Positions 46,865 through 54,867 of a stretch of 64,000 nt of DNA are shown piece by piece. The stretch spans positions 38,260-102,259 of the forward strand of contig JBJETT010000004.1 of the NCBI GenBank assembly GCA_051883455.1, read 5' to 3'. Each line of letters starts with the position of its first letter. The stretch's first letter is position 1. The notes beneath the pieces are model-generated. The model made no database searches and was not told the DNA's origin. It saw only the letters and a program-made list of their open reading frames with translations. The stretch comes from Christensenellales bacterium. Its GTDB lineage: Bacteria > Bacillota > Clostridia > Christensenellales > UBA3700. The position numbers were made by a program, and so were the translations under genes.

Positions 46865-47407
46865 ATGAAACTGTTTATCGCATCCGACGTACACGGCTCG
46901 GCGTATTACGCTGGCCTTATCAAAGATAAATTCGAGCAAGAAAAAGCAGATATTTTGCTATTGCTCGGCGATATATACAATCACGGACCGCGCAATCCTT
47001 TCCCTAAGGACTACGCACCGATGAAGGTAGCCGAAATTCTCAATTCTTTAGCAAGTAAACTCATCGTAGTCAAGGGCAACTGCGACAGCGAAGTTGACCA
47101 AATGATATCCGACTTTACCTTCGTCAATCAAGCGGTGGTAGAGGTTGACGGAATTAAGGTTTTCGCCACGCACGGACACATTCACAATATCGACGCAATG
47201 CCCGCATTCAAGGGCGACGTAATGGTATACGGACACTTCCACCAAGGCTTTATCACCGCCAAGGACGGGGTAGTCGTAGCCAATCCAAGCTCGGCTTCAC
47301 TGCCTAAAGAAGGACAACCGCACGGCTATCTCATAGTAGAGAACAACGTAATATCGCTCAAAGAGCTCGATACCGACAAGACAATTATCACAGAGGAAAT
47401 AAAATAA
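46865..47407 (+). CDS. yfcE: YfcE-type metallophosphoesterase
   Basis: SDVHGS, GDIYNHGPRN, GNCD, GH.H motifs. Confidence 0.8.
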   Translation: MKLFIASDVHGSAYYAGLIKDKFEQEKADILLLLGDIYNHGPRNPFPKDYAPMKVAEILNSLASKLIVVKGNCDSEVDQMISDFTFVNQAVVEVDGIKVFATHGHIHNIDAMPAFKGDVMVYGHFHQGFITAKDGVVVANPSSASLPKEGQPHGYLIVENNVISLKELDTDKTIITEEIK

Positions 47408-48930
47408 TGGCAAACAACGTAGTAAGCAAATTTGATACCAAGGTACAGTACCTCAAATACAAGGTACTCAAAGAGATGATCAAGGCATACGACAAGGGGG
47501 ATATGTCCAATATTTATGTAGACATTCCTAAGATAATATCCCCTGGACCTAAGGCAACGATGAGATGCTGCATATACAAGGAGAGGGCAATCGTGCAAGA
47601 GCGTATCAAGATGGCTCTCGGTGGCGACAAGTCCAATCCTAATATAGTAGAAGTCATCGACGTAGCGTGTGACGAATGTCCAATCAGCGGTATGTACATT
47701 ACCCCTGCTTGTCGTGGCTGTATCGTCCACAAGTGTAAGGAGAGCTGTCCTAAGGACGCTATCACTATCGTAGACAACAAGCCTGTCATCGACATGGACA
47801 AATGTATCAGATGCGGTAGATGCGCCAAGGCGTGTCCTTACAACGCAATCATCGACCAACACCGTCCGTGCGTACAGAGCTGCAAGGTCAAGGCAATATC
47901 AATGGACGAGCACAACAAGGCGCAGATAGACAATTCCAAGTGTATCGCGTGCGGAGCATGCGTATATCAATGCCCGTTCGGCGCAATAGTAGACAAGTCG
48001 CTCATTCTCAACGCTATCGACATACTCAACAATTCTAAGAACAACAAAGAGTACAAGGTATACGCTATCGTAGCCCCTGCCATTGCAAGTCAATTCAAGC
48101 ACGCCAAACTCGGTCAAGTAATCACGGGCATCAAGAAGCTCGGCTTTGCCGACGTAGTAGAGGCGGCTTTGGGCGCAGACATAACCTTGCACAAAGAGGC
48201 GCACGAGTTCAAAGAAAAGGGACTTATGACCACGTCGTGTTGTCCGTCTTTCGTTATGTTTATCGAAAAGAACTTCCCTGAGCTCAAGCAATACGTATCC
48301 AGCTCGGTATCGCCGATGGTGGAGACGGCGCAACTCATCAAACGTATGGAGCCAACCGCCAAGACGATATTTATAGGACCTTGTACCAGCAAGAAGTTGG
48401 AATTTAGACTATACAAGACCCAAGGTGCAGTGGACTGCGTCATCTCGTTTGAAGAATTGCAAGCCTTTTTGGACGCAAGGGATATCGAACTTGCCGACCT
48501 TGAGGAGACGGCAATCAACGACGGCTCCTTCTTTGGCAGAGTATTTGCCAAGAGTGGCGGTATAGCACACGACGTCATCTCCATAGCCGCGTCTATGGGC
48601 GTAAACGATATCAAACCTCTCGCTATGAGTGGAATAGACGAGTGCAGAGCGGGACTTCTCAAGCTCAAGCTCGGTCGTGCTGCCGAAAACTTCTTCGAAG
48701 GAATGGCATGTGACGGCGGATGTCTCAACGGCGCGTTGTGCTTGCACCACGATATAAAGAATATTATGGATATAGACAAATACAGTATGAGTGCCGAGCA
48801 TAAGGACATAGACAGAGCAGTCAAATTGTATGAGCAAAGCTTTGATAAGTCGGGCGAGGGCTTCTGCAAACAACTGCCGGAAGAAGTCCAAGCAGACAAG
48901 TCGGTCAAGGACGACGGCAACGATAAATAA
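47407..48930 (+). CDS. [FeFe]-hydrogenase-like protein with N-terminal ferredoxin-type clusters
   Basis: H-cluster motifs TTSCCPSF, GPCTSKKLE and EGMACDGGCLNG, plus several CxxCxxCxxxCP motifs. The ATG shares an A with the upstream TAA. Confidence 0.8.
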   Translation: MANNVVSKFDTKVQYLKYKVLKEMIKAYDKGDMSNIYVDIPKIISPGPKATMRCCIYKERAIVQERIKMALGGDKSNPNIVEVIDVACDECPISGMYITPACRGCIVHKCKESCPKDAITIVDNKPVIDMDKCIRCGRCAKACPYNAIIDQHRPCVQSCKVKAISMDEHNKAQIDNSKCIACGACVYQCPFGAIVDKSLILNAIDILNNSKNNKEYKVYAIVAPAIASQFKHAKLGQVITGIKKLGFADVVEAALGADITLHKEAHEFKEKGLMTTSCCPSFVMFIEKNFPELKQYVSSSVSPMVETAQLIKRMEPTAKTIFIGPCTSKKLEFRLYKTQGAVDCVISFEELQAFLDARDIELADLEETAINDGSFFGRVFAKSGGIAHDVISIAASMGVNDIKPLAMSGIDECRAGLLKLKLGRAAENFFEGMACDGGCLNGALCLHHDIKNIMDIDKYSMSAEHKDIDRAVKLYEQSFDKSGEGFCKQLPEEVQADKSVKDDGNDK

Positions 48931-48997
48931 TAATGGAAATAAATCGACCATAAAAGTATAACCAACGAAATCGATTAATCTCGATACAATCAAGCAT

Positions 48998-49026
48998 AGT
49001 GCAATCTTATAGGTTGCACTTTTTTT
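48998..49026 (+). terminator. Rho-independent terminator
   Basis: AGTGCAA-loop-TTGCACT plus T7. Confidence 0.75.
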
Positions 49027-49044
49027 ACTATTTTCGCCTATTTT

Positions 49045-49073
49045 GCATATCTACCCAAGGCTTGTCATACAAT
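49045..49073 (+). promoter_or_regulatory. Candidate sigma-E-type promoter of spoIVA
   Basis: GCATATC-14 nt-CATACAAT. I recall the B. subtilis sigma-E consensus as (G/T)(A/C)ATA(A/T)(A/T)-14-CATACA(A/C)T. Confidence 0.55.
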
Positions 49074-49101
49074 TTAGGGAACAAGATATTTGGAGGGAAA
49101 T

Positions 49102-50577
49102 ATGGATAAATTCGACCTTTATCAAGATATTGCCACACGCACCGACGGCGATATTTATATCGGAGTAGTAGGTCCCGTGCGAGTAGGAAAGTCGTCGTTT
49201 ATCAGCAAATTTATGCAGACGCTGGTATTGCCTGAGATTGAGGACAATCATCGCAAGCAGAGAATAATTGACGAATTGCCTCAGTCGGGCGACGGCAAAA
49301 CTATTATGACCACACAGCCTAAGTTCGTACCCGAATCGGGCGAAAAAATCTATTTAGGCGAGGGTGTCAGTGCCGGCATTAGGCTTGTAGATTGCGTCGG
49401 TTATCCAATACAAGGAGCGATAGGGCTAGAGGAAACGGGCAAGGCGAGAATGGTAACCACGCCTTGGAGCGACGAAGAAATGGAGTTTGACAAGGCGGCG
49501 ACTTTGGGGACAAAAAAAGTCATCAACGACCATTCTACCATAGGCGTAGTAGTAACCACCGACGGCTCAATCAGCGGAATAGACCGAAGCTCTTACGTTG
49601 AGAGCGAAGAAAAAGTTATTGCCGACGTCAAGGAGACGGGCAAGCCATTCGTAATTTTGCTCAACTGCAAAAATCCCGACGACAGCGACAGCAAACGCCT
49701 AAGAGACCAACTTAGCGCAAAGTACGACTGCATGGTAATACTCAAAAACGTCCTTCAAATGACTGCCGACGATATGGTACAACTGTTGGAGAGCGTACTC
49801 AAAGAATTCCCTACCAAGCTCATCGAAGCCAAGATGCCTAATTGGTTGCAAGCCTTACCGCGCGACAGCGAAATCATCAATCATATCATAACGAAAATGG
49901 CAGAAATCTCGACACAGGTCGTCAAAATGAAAGACTGCGACACGCTCAAAACCCTCTTTGACGACGACGAATATTTGCTAGGCGGACAACTAAACGTAGA
50001 CTATGGCAAAGGTAAATGCACCCTTATGCTTCAACCGAAAGAGCACTTGTTTTACAATGTTTTGTCGGAGCAAAGCGGTGTGGACATTGCCGACGAATTC
50101 GTGCTCATATCATATATCAAACAGCTAGCTGGTGCCAAGGCAGAATTTGACCGTATCAAGTCGGCTTTAGAAGACGTAGACAACTACGGCTACGGCATCG
50201 TGATGCCCGGGGTTGAAGATATGGAGCTGGCTCCGCCCGAGATAATCAAACGAGGCAGTAGATACGGCGTCAAGCTCAGAGCCAAAGCACCTGCTTTGCA
50301 TATTATGAAAGTGGACGTAGACGCCGAAGTCAATCCAATCATCGGCACAGAGGCGCAAAACGAAGAAATCCTCAAGGCGTGGTTGCAAGACTTCGGCGAG
50401 GACGCAATGGAACTATGGAAGACCAATATGCTAGGCAAAACTCTCGATACTCTCGCCAAAGAGAATATCGGAGCTAAGCTTGGCAATATGCCACAAGACG
50501 CCCGTGACAAACTTAGAAGAACCGTCACCAAAATCGTCAACGAGGGCAAAGGCGGAGTAGTGTGCATCTTGCTATGA
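49102..50577 (+). CDS. spoIVA: Stage IV sporulation protein A (spore coat morphogenetic ATPase)
   Basis: MDKFDLYQDIATRTDGDIYIGVVGPVRVGKSSFISKFM aligns to the B. subtilis SpoIVA N-terminus. About 492 aa. Confidence 0.95.
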   Translation: MDKFDLYQDIATRTDGDIYIGVVGPVRVGKSSFISKFMQTLVLPEIEDNHRKQRIIDELPQSGDGKTIMTTQPKFVPESGEKIYLGEGVSAGIRLVDCVGYPIQGAIGLEETGKARMVTTPWSDEEMEFDKAATLGTKKVINDHSTIGVVVTTDGSISGIDRSSYVESEEKVIADVKETGKPFVILLNCKNPDDSDSKRLRDQLSAKYDCMVILKNVLQMTADDMVQLLESVLKEFPTKLIEAKMPNWLQALPRDSEIINHIITKMAEISTQVVKMKDCDTLKTLFDDDEYLLGGQLNVDYGKGKCTLMLQPKEHLFYNVLSEQSGVDIADEFVLISYIKQLAGAKAEFDRIKSALEDVDNYGYGIVMPGVEDMELAPPEIIKRGSRYGVKLRAKAPALHIMKVDVDAEVNPIIGTEAQNEEILKAWLQDFGEDAMELWKTNMLGKTLDTLAKENIGAKLGNMPQDARDKLRRTVTKIVNEGKGGVVCILL

Positions 50578-50613
50578 GTTAGCATATAATGTACGGGGCT
50601 GTGAGGAGGAATT

Positions 50614-50883
50614 ATGCACAAGTTTCCGTACAGACCAAAGTGTGGCACTTGCCACGACAGACGCGATTTTGACGGATGCGATAGACGCGGTAACGATTGC
50701 CGTCGCGATTGTCATCGCTCATCGAATTGCGACCGTGACTGTCGCCGTCCAACCGATTGCGGACGTCGTCCACCGCCACCAAGACGCAACAATCACTGTT
50801 GCAACGACCTTTTGATAGGCTTGCTTATCGGGACGATGCTTGGAGATTGTTGCCACCGTGGTGGCGACCGACACGATAGATGA
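50614..50883 (+). CDS. 89-aa Cys/Arg/Asp/His-rich protein with a CC-hydrophobic-CC C-terminal module
   Basis: Strong RBS GAGGAGG. 12 Cys. Contains NDCRRDCHRSSNCDRDCRRPTDCGRR, then PPPP, then HCCNDLLIGLLIGTMLGDCCH. There are 36 nt after spoIVA with no intervening hairpin, and a terminator follows. Confidence 0.6.
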   Translation: MHKFPYRPKCGTCHDRRDFDGCDRRGNDCRRDCHRSSNCDRDCRRPTDCGRRPPPPRRNNHCCNDLLIGLLIGTMLGDCCHRGGDRHDR

Positions 50884-50937
50884 ATATCGAATAATACTAC
50901 AATAAATCAAAAAAATAATAAATACGATAGACGATTT

Positions 50938-50966
50938 TCAGCCGAACTTTCATTCGGCTGATTTTT
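50938..50966 (+). terminator. Rho-independent terminator
   Basis: TCAGCCGAA-ctttca-TTCGGCTGA plus T5. Confidence 0.85.
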
Positions 50967-50998
50967 GTATAAAGCGAGCGAGAACTTCATCGTCGTTT

Positions 50999-51049
50999 GT
51001 CATTGCACTGTGTACGTTTTGCGTAAGCAAAGCGAAGCGTGGCAATCTC
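50999..51049 (+). repeat. Solitary type-D repeat unit
   Basis: GTCATTGCA...TTTGCGTAAGCAAAG...CGTGGCAATCTC. The upstream CTTCATCGTC box is shared with 54146-54155. Confidence 0.6.
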
Positions 51050-51070
51050 GCCTATAACTCTCAACTCGAC

Positions 51071-51099
51071 TTGCCAAACTCAATGCAAAATTGTATAAT
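51071..51099 (+). promoter_or_regulatory. Sigma-A-type promoter placed for a leaderless transcript
   Basis: TTGCCA-17 nt-TATAAT(51094-51099). The ATG at 51106 is 6 nt after the -10 box, with no SD. Confidence 0.5.
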
Positions 51100-51105
51100 A
51101 ATTAT

Positions 51106-52251
51106 ATGCGACTAAGACTTCAACAAAAGATCACACTACTCAAGCTCACGGCAATAATATTGACGTTGATTTTGATTTGTATGGTGTTCGTTTTGCTTTC
51201 CAAAATCCCGACTGTTGCCGAAGCTTTGACGAGGACGTGGGGTAGACTATGGAGCGACGGCTTAGGGATAGCGATATCCAAGCTACCTTTCAGTCTATTC
51301 GAGTGGTCGTGCTTTTTAGTCGTATCCGCCATCGTTGCCATAGTAACAAGTTGTATAGTTTTGCTTGCCAAAAAGCGTTTTTTCAAGGCTGGCAAGTTGT
51401 TTTTGAGTACTATTATCGTTGCAATGGTCGTAGCCACGATTTACGTTTCCACGGCTACGGTCGCTTACGATAGGGGGCAACCGCCATTGCCGAGCATAGA
51501 TAATTCTCTCGTGACGTCGGACAAGGTCGTAGAATGCGTGGGCAATTTTGACGAGGCTTTTGCCGAGGTTAGCGCCAAGATAGCCGTTGACGACGAGGGA
51601 AGGTCTATTTGCCCATATAATTTTGACGAGCTTTCTGGTCTAATCTCTGCTCAGTTTGCTAGACTTGACGAGGAATATTTCGGCAAGGGTGGCAAGCGTG
51701 TCAAGGCATCTGCTTTCAGCACGGTTATGAGCCACAATCATATCGTTGGTATAACTTTTATGCCTTTTGGCGAGGCTACCGTCAACGCCAACGCCCCTTA
51801 TACCGACGTAGCCTTTGCCATGGCGCACGAGCATGCTCATACATGCGGAGTGATGAGAGAGGACTACGCCAATTTGGTAGCGGTATACGTCTTGCTCACC
51901 TCGGGCGACGATTATCTTCGCTACTGCGGTTTTCTCAATAGTTACTACTATCTCAACACGGCACTTATCTATAGCAACAATCGCCCTATAGCGCTATCAC
52001 GCACTATTCCTCAAGTAGCCAAAGCCGACGTCTTGAGGGAGCGAGAGTATTGGTCGCAATACACGTTGTTTGATAAGATAGGCGACTTTTTCAACGATTT
52101 ATACCTAAAGCTCAACGGACAAAGCGGTAGCGACAGTTATTTTCAAACCAACGACGGCGACGAGGCAGGCAAGGACGAGAACGGCAACGTCATCTATACC
52201 AACGTCACCTATACCGATATACAGCGTATGCTTGTCGCAATGTTTGCCTAA
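51106..52251 (+). CDS. DUF3810-like membrane metalloprotease-like protein
   Basis: N-terminal TM segments and AMAHEHAHTCGVMREDYANLVA (HExxH-like). Start taken at ATG 51106. Confidence 0.55.
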   Translation: MRLRLQQKITLLKLTAIILTLILICMVFVLLSKIPTVAEALTRTWGRLWSDGLGIAISKLPFSLFEWSCFLVVSAIVAIVTSCIVLLAKKRFFKAGKLFLSTIIVAMVVATIYVSTATVAYDRGQPPLPSIDNSLVTSDKVVECVGNFDEAFAEVSAKIAVDDEGRSICPYNFDELSGLISAQFARLDEEYFGKGGKRVKASAFSTVMSHNHIVGITFMPFGEATVNANAPYTDVAFAMAHEHAHTCGVMREDYANLVAVYVLLTSGDDYLRYCGFLNSYYYLNTALIYSNNRPIALSRTIPQVAKADVLREREYWSQYTLFDKIGDFFNDLYLKLNGQSGSDSYFQTNDGDEAGKDENGNVIYTNVTYTDIQRMLVAMFA

Positions 52252-52374
52252 GTGAATATAACTTAATATCCAACGCCTTTCATTGAAACGCACTCCAAAG
52301 TAAGGATAGAAACAAAACACCAATACGGAGTATTTTGTTTGGTAAAAAATTTTTATAGAAAAATAAAAAAATCG

Positions 52375-52403
52375 TTGACATCGCGATTTTATGGGCATAT
52401 AAT
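52375..52403 (+). promoter_or_regulatory. Sigma-A-type promoter of the trpB2 leader
   Basis: TTGACA-17 nt-TATAAT, a consensus match. Confidence 0.7.
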
Positions 52404-52422
52404 CTAAATATCGGATGACTCG

Positions 52423-52471
52423 TAGAGAGTTGTCGATATAGATTAGACTAGCATAGACAAGGAGAGAAAAG
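52423..52471 (+). promoter_or_regulatory. Cluster of phased (U/G/A)AG triplets, a candidate RNA-binding-protein site
   Basis: UAG 52423 and GAG 52427. Then a strict 5-nt register: UAG 52439, UAG 52444, UAG 52449, UAG 52454, AAG 52459, GAG 52464, AAG 52469. Confidence 0.45.
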
Positions 52472-52472
52472 T

Positions 52473-52502
52473 ATGTATTACAATAGGCGTTGGCGCATTT
52501 AG
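52473..52502 (+). CDS. Possible 9-codon leader ORF (MYYNRRWRI)
   Basis: ATG lies 6 nt after GGAGAG. Contains one Trp codon (52491-52493). Stops 11 nt before the terminator stem. Confidence 0.25.
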   Translation: MYYNRRWRI

Positions 52503-52512
52503 CGCGTTGTAT

Positions 52513-52541
52513 ATCGTTTGATTTTTGCAAGCGATTTTTTT
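52513..52541 (+). terminator. Leader terminator (attenuator) upstream of trpB2
   Basis: ATCGTTTG-atttttg-CAAGCGAT (one G-U pair) followed by T6. Confidence 0.6.
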
Positions 52542-52628
52542 ATACCCAAATTTAGCAACACACCAAGCAAATTATTTATCTTACACCAAGATAAATCGAT
52601 ACATATCAACAATTTTAGGAGAAATATT

Positions 52629-54011
52629 ATGGAAAAGAAAATACCTTACAAGACGTATCTTACCGAAGAGGAGATGCCCAAATATTGGTTCAACCTCAAG
52701 GCAGTGATGAAGGAGCAACACGACCCGTTCCTCAATCCTGCCACCCTCGAGCCTTGCACCGCCGAAGACCTCAAACACGTTTTTTGTGACGAGTTGGTAG
52801 CGCAAGAGCTCAATACTACCGACAGACTTATCCCAATCCCTGTAGAGATACAAGACTTCCTCAAACTATACAGACCGTCTCCGCTCGTTAGAGCTTATCA
52901 CCTCGAAAAGGCGCTCGGCACTCCTGCCGAGATATACTACAAGTTCGAGGGACAAAACACCTCGGGCTCGCACAAGCTCAACAGTGCAGTTGCTCAAACC
53001 TATTACGCTAAGAAGCAAGGCTTGACCCACCTCACCACCGAGACGGGTGCGGGACAATGGGGTACGGCATTGTCTATGGCTTGCGGTTTCTACGGACTCG
53101 ACCTCAGCGTATATATGGTCAAGTGTTCCGCCAACCAAAAGCCTCACCGTAAGGCTGTTATCCAAACTTACGGAGCCAAGGTTATTCCTTCACCTTCCGA
53201 CACTACCGCAGTTGGTAGAAAGATACTTGCAGACAATCCGACCACGGGCGGTTCTTTGGGTTGTGCAATCAGCGAGGCTGTAGAAGTTGCAACTACTACG
53301 CCTAACTGTAGATACGTGCTTGGTAGCGTGCTTGACCACGTACTTTTGCACCAATCTATCATAGGTATGGAAGCCAAGGCTGCGTTGGACAAACTCGGCG
53401 TTCAACCCGATATCATCATTGGTTGCGCAGGTGGCGGTTCCAACCTCGGCGGACTTATCGCGCCGTTTATGGCAGACAAAATCGAGGGCAAAAACAATAT
53501 CGACTTCATTGCGGTAGAGCCTGCGTCTTGTCCTTCGCTCACCAGAGGTAGATATGCCTACGACTTTGGCGACACGGGCAAAATCACCCCGCTCCTCAGA
53601 ATGTACACCCTCGGCAGTGGCTTTATGCCATCGCCTAACCACGCAGGCGGTTTGAGATATCACGGTATGAGCCCAATCGTATCCAAACTATATCACGACG
53701 GATATATGAGGGCAACGAGCGTAGAGCAAACGGCAGTATTCAAGGCGGCGACCTTCTTTGCTAAGTGCGAAGGCACCTTACCTGCACCTGAGTCCTCTCA
53801 CGCCATCAAAGTTGCTATCGACGAGGCACTCAAATGCAAAGAGACGGGCGAAAAGAAGAAAATTCTCTTCGGTTTGACGGGAACGGGTTACTTTGATATG
53901 ACGGCATATTCGTCCTACCTCGACGGCACCATGAGCGACTACATTCCAACCGACGAGGATTTGCAGAAGGGATTTGACACTCTACCAAAAATTCCTCAAA
54001 ACGAAATTTAA
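52629..54011 (+). CDS. TrpB2-type tryptophan synthase beta-like PLP enzyme
   Basis: MEKKIPYKTYLTEEEMPKYWFNL N-terminus, SGSHKLNSA PLP-lysine, GCAGGGSN. Start trimmed to ATG 52629 after GGAG. Confidence 0.85.
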   Translation: MEKKIPYKTYLTEEEMPKYWFNLKAVMKEQHDPFLNPATLEPCTAEDLKHVFCDELVAQELNTTDRLIPIPVEIQDFLKLYRPSPLVRAYHLEKALGTPAEIYYKFEGQNTSGSHKLNSAVAQTYYAKKQGLTHLTTETGAGQWGTALSMACGFYGLDLSVYMVKCSANQKPHRKAVIQTYGAKVIPSPSDTTAVGRKILADNPTTGGSLGCAISEAVEVATTTPNCRYVLGSVLDHVLLHQSIIGMEAKAALDKLGVQPDIIIGCAGGGSNLGGLIAPFMADKIEGKNNIDFIAVEPASCPSLTRGRYAYDFGDTGKITPLLRMYTLGSGFMPSPNHAGGLRYHGMSPIVSKLYHDGYMRATSVEQTAVFKAATFFAKCEGTLPAPESSHAIKVAIDEALKCKETGEKKKILFGLTGTGYFDMTAYSSYLDGTMSDYIPTDEDLQKGFDTLPKIPQNEI

Positions 54012-54020
54012 TCTATAGAG

Positions 54021-54087
54021 GCAATCTCATCCTTATTTAGCCGTCCCTGTGCAAGGGAAGGGGGACCACGAAGTGGTGGAAGGGTTG
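54021..54087 (+). repeat. Type-B/C repeat, copy abutting the trpB2 3' end
   Basis: GGCAATCTCATCC...AGCCGTCCCTGTGCAAGGGAAGGGGG-[ACCAC gaa GTGGT]-GGAAGGGTTG. Confidence 0.65.
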
Positions 54088-54117
54088 TCAAATTCGCACT
54101 ACAATTTATATTGAATC

Positions 54118-54146
54118 AAGGCAACCCTCGAGGTTGCCTTTTTTTT
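54118..54146 (+). terminator. Rho-independent terminator
   Basis: AAGGCAACC-ctcga-GGTTGCCTT plus T8. Confidence 0.85.
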
Positions 54147-54174
54147 GCTTGCATCTTCATCGTCAAAGTGTTGT

Positions 54175-54402
54175 GTCATTGCGAGCATAACGAAGTGGAG
54201 CGTGGCAATCTCAATCCTTACAGAAGGCCCCTTTGTGCAAAGGGAGGTGTCTCGCGGCGTATATACTTCGCAATACGGCGTCGAGTTTGTGGGTGCGTTC
54301 GGTCACATACACATTAGTATGCTCCCTCACGCCGTCCTCACTCTTCTTGTCTTGCTCGTATCTACACCACGAGCAAGCCGCCTTGCCGAGACGGAGGGAT
54401 TG
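54175..54402 (+). repeat. Type-C repeat, copy 3, with its second hairpin interrupted by a type-E element
   Basis: GTCATTGCGAG...CGTGGCAATCTCAATCC...CCCCTTTGTGCAAAGGGAGGTGT-CTCG // about 120 bp // GCCGAG-ACGGAGGGATTG. Confidence 0.6.
54251..54373 (-). repeat. Type-E element, copy 2 (inverted relative to 29446-29572)
   Basis: Ends are CTCGCGGCGTA...TACACCACGAG, imperfect inverted repeats. The interior aligns to the reverse complement of copy 1, e.g. TATGCTCCCTCAC, CGAGTTTG, CGCAATAC. Confidence 0.6.
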
Positions 54403-54407
54403 TTTTT

Positions 54408-54507
54408 GTCATTGCGCCCGATACATTTTGCGTTAGCAAATAGGAGCGTAGACCAAGAAGTGTTGTCATTGCGAAGCGTTTGCAAAACGCTGTGGAAATC
54501 TCATCCT
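54408..54507 (+). repeat. Two tandem type-D units
   Basis: GTCATTGCGCC...TTTGCGTTAGCAAA...ACCAAGAAGTGTT, then GTCATTGCGAAGCGTTT-gc-AAAACGCTGTGGAAATCTCATCC. Confidence 0.6.
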
Positions 54508-54552
54508 TTTCCGCCGCCTCGCCAACAAAATAATAATTGTTCTCATTATTTG

Positions 54553-54581
54553 TTGACAATTATTTTTTTTCGGTATATTAT
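54553..54581 (+). promoter_or_regulatory. Sigma-A-type promoter of the leuA T-box leader
   Basis: TTGACA-17 nt-TATTAT. Confidence 0.55.
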
Positions 54582-54599
54582 ATTACCAACGTAATATTT

Positions 54600-54820
54600 T
54601 GCTAAGAAAAGAAGTAGTAGCATAGAAGCGGGAAACAGAGAATTGCCGTTAGGTGCAAGGCAATCAAGCCGACGTGTGAACTCGTCTTGGAGCAACCGAG
54701 CCCAATTTAGTAAGCTTGGTCGGGTGGCCCGTTACAGCTATCGAGTGTGCGCTTTACTAGCGCAAATTAGAGTGGTACCGCGAAGCTTTCGTCTCTAAGA
54801 TTGAGACGAAAGCGTTTTTA
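54600..54820 (+). promoter_or_regulatory. T-box riboswitch, Leu specifier (CUC)
   Basis: AGAGA box (54637 region), specifier-loop GAA-CUC-G (CTC at 54681-54683), T-box AAATTAGAGTGGTACCGCG (54764-54782), and terminator GCTTTCGTCTC-taagatt-GAGACGAAAGC plus T5 (54785-54819). Confidence 0.85.
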
Positions 54821-54867
54821 TTACTACGATATTCTAGCCGATATTACTACAACAAGGAGGTATGTGT

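Noticed and set aside
52404-52628. Trp T-box upstream of trpB2
   Set aside because: An AGAGAG string is present (52424-52429). There is no T-box 14-mer and no antiterminator bulge, and the leader is too short. It is better explained as a triplet-repeat or peptide attenuator.
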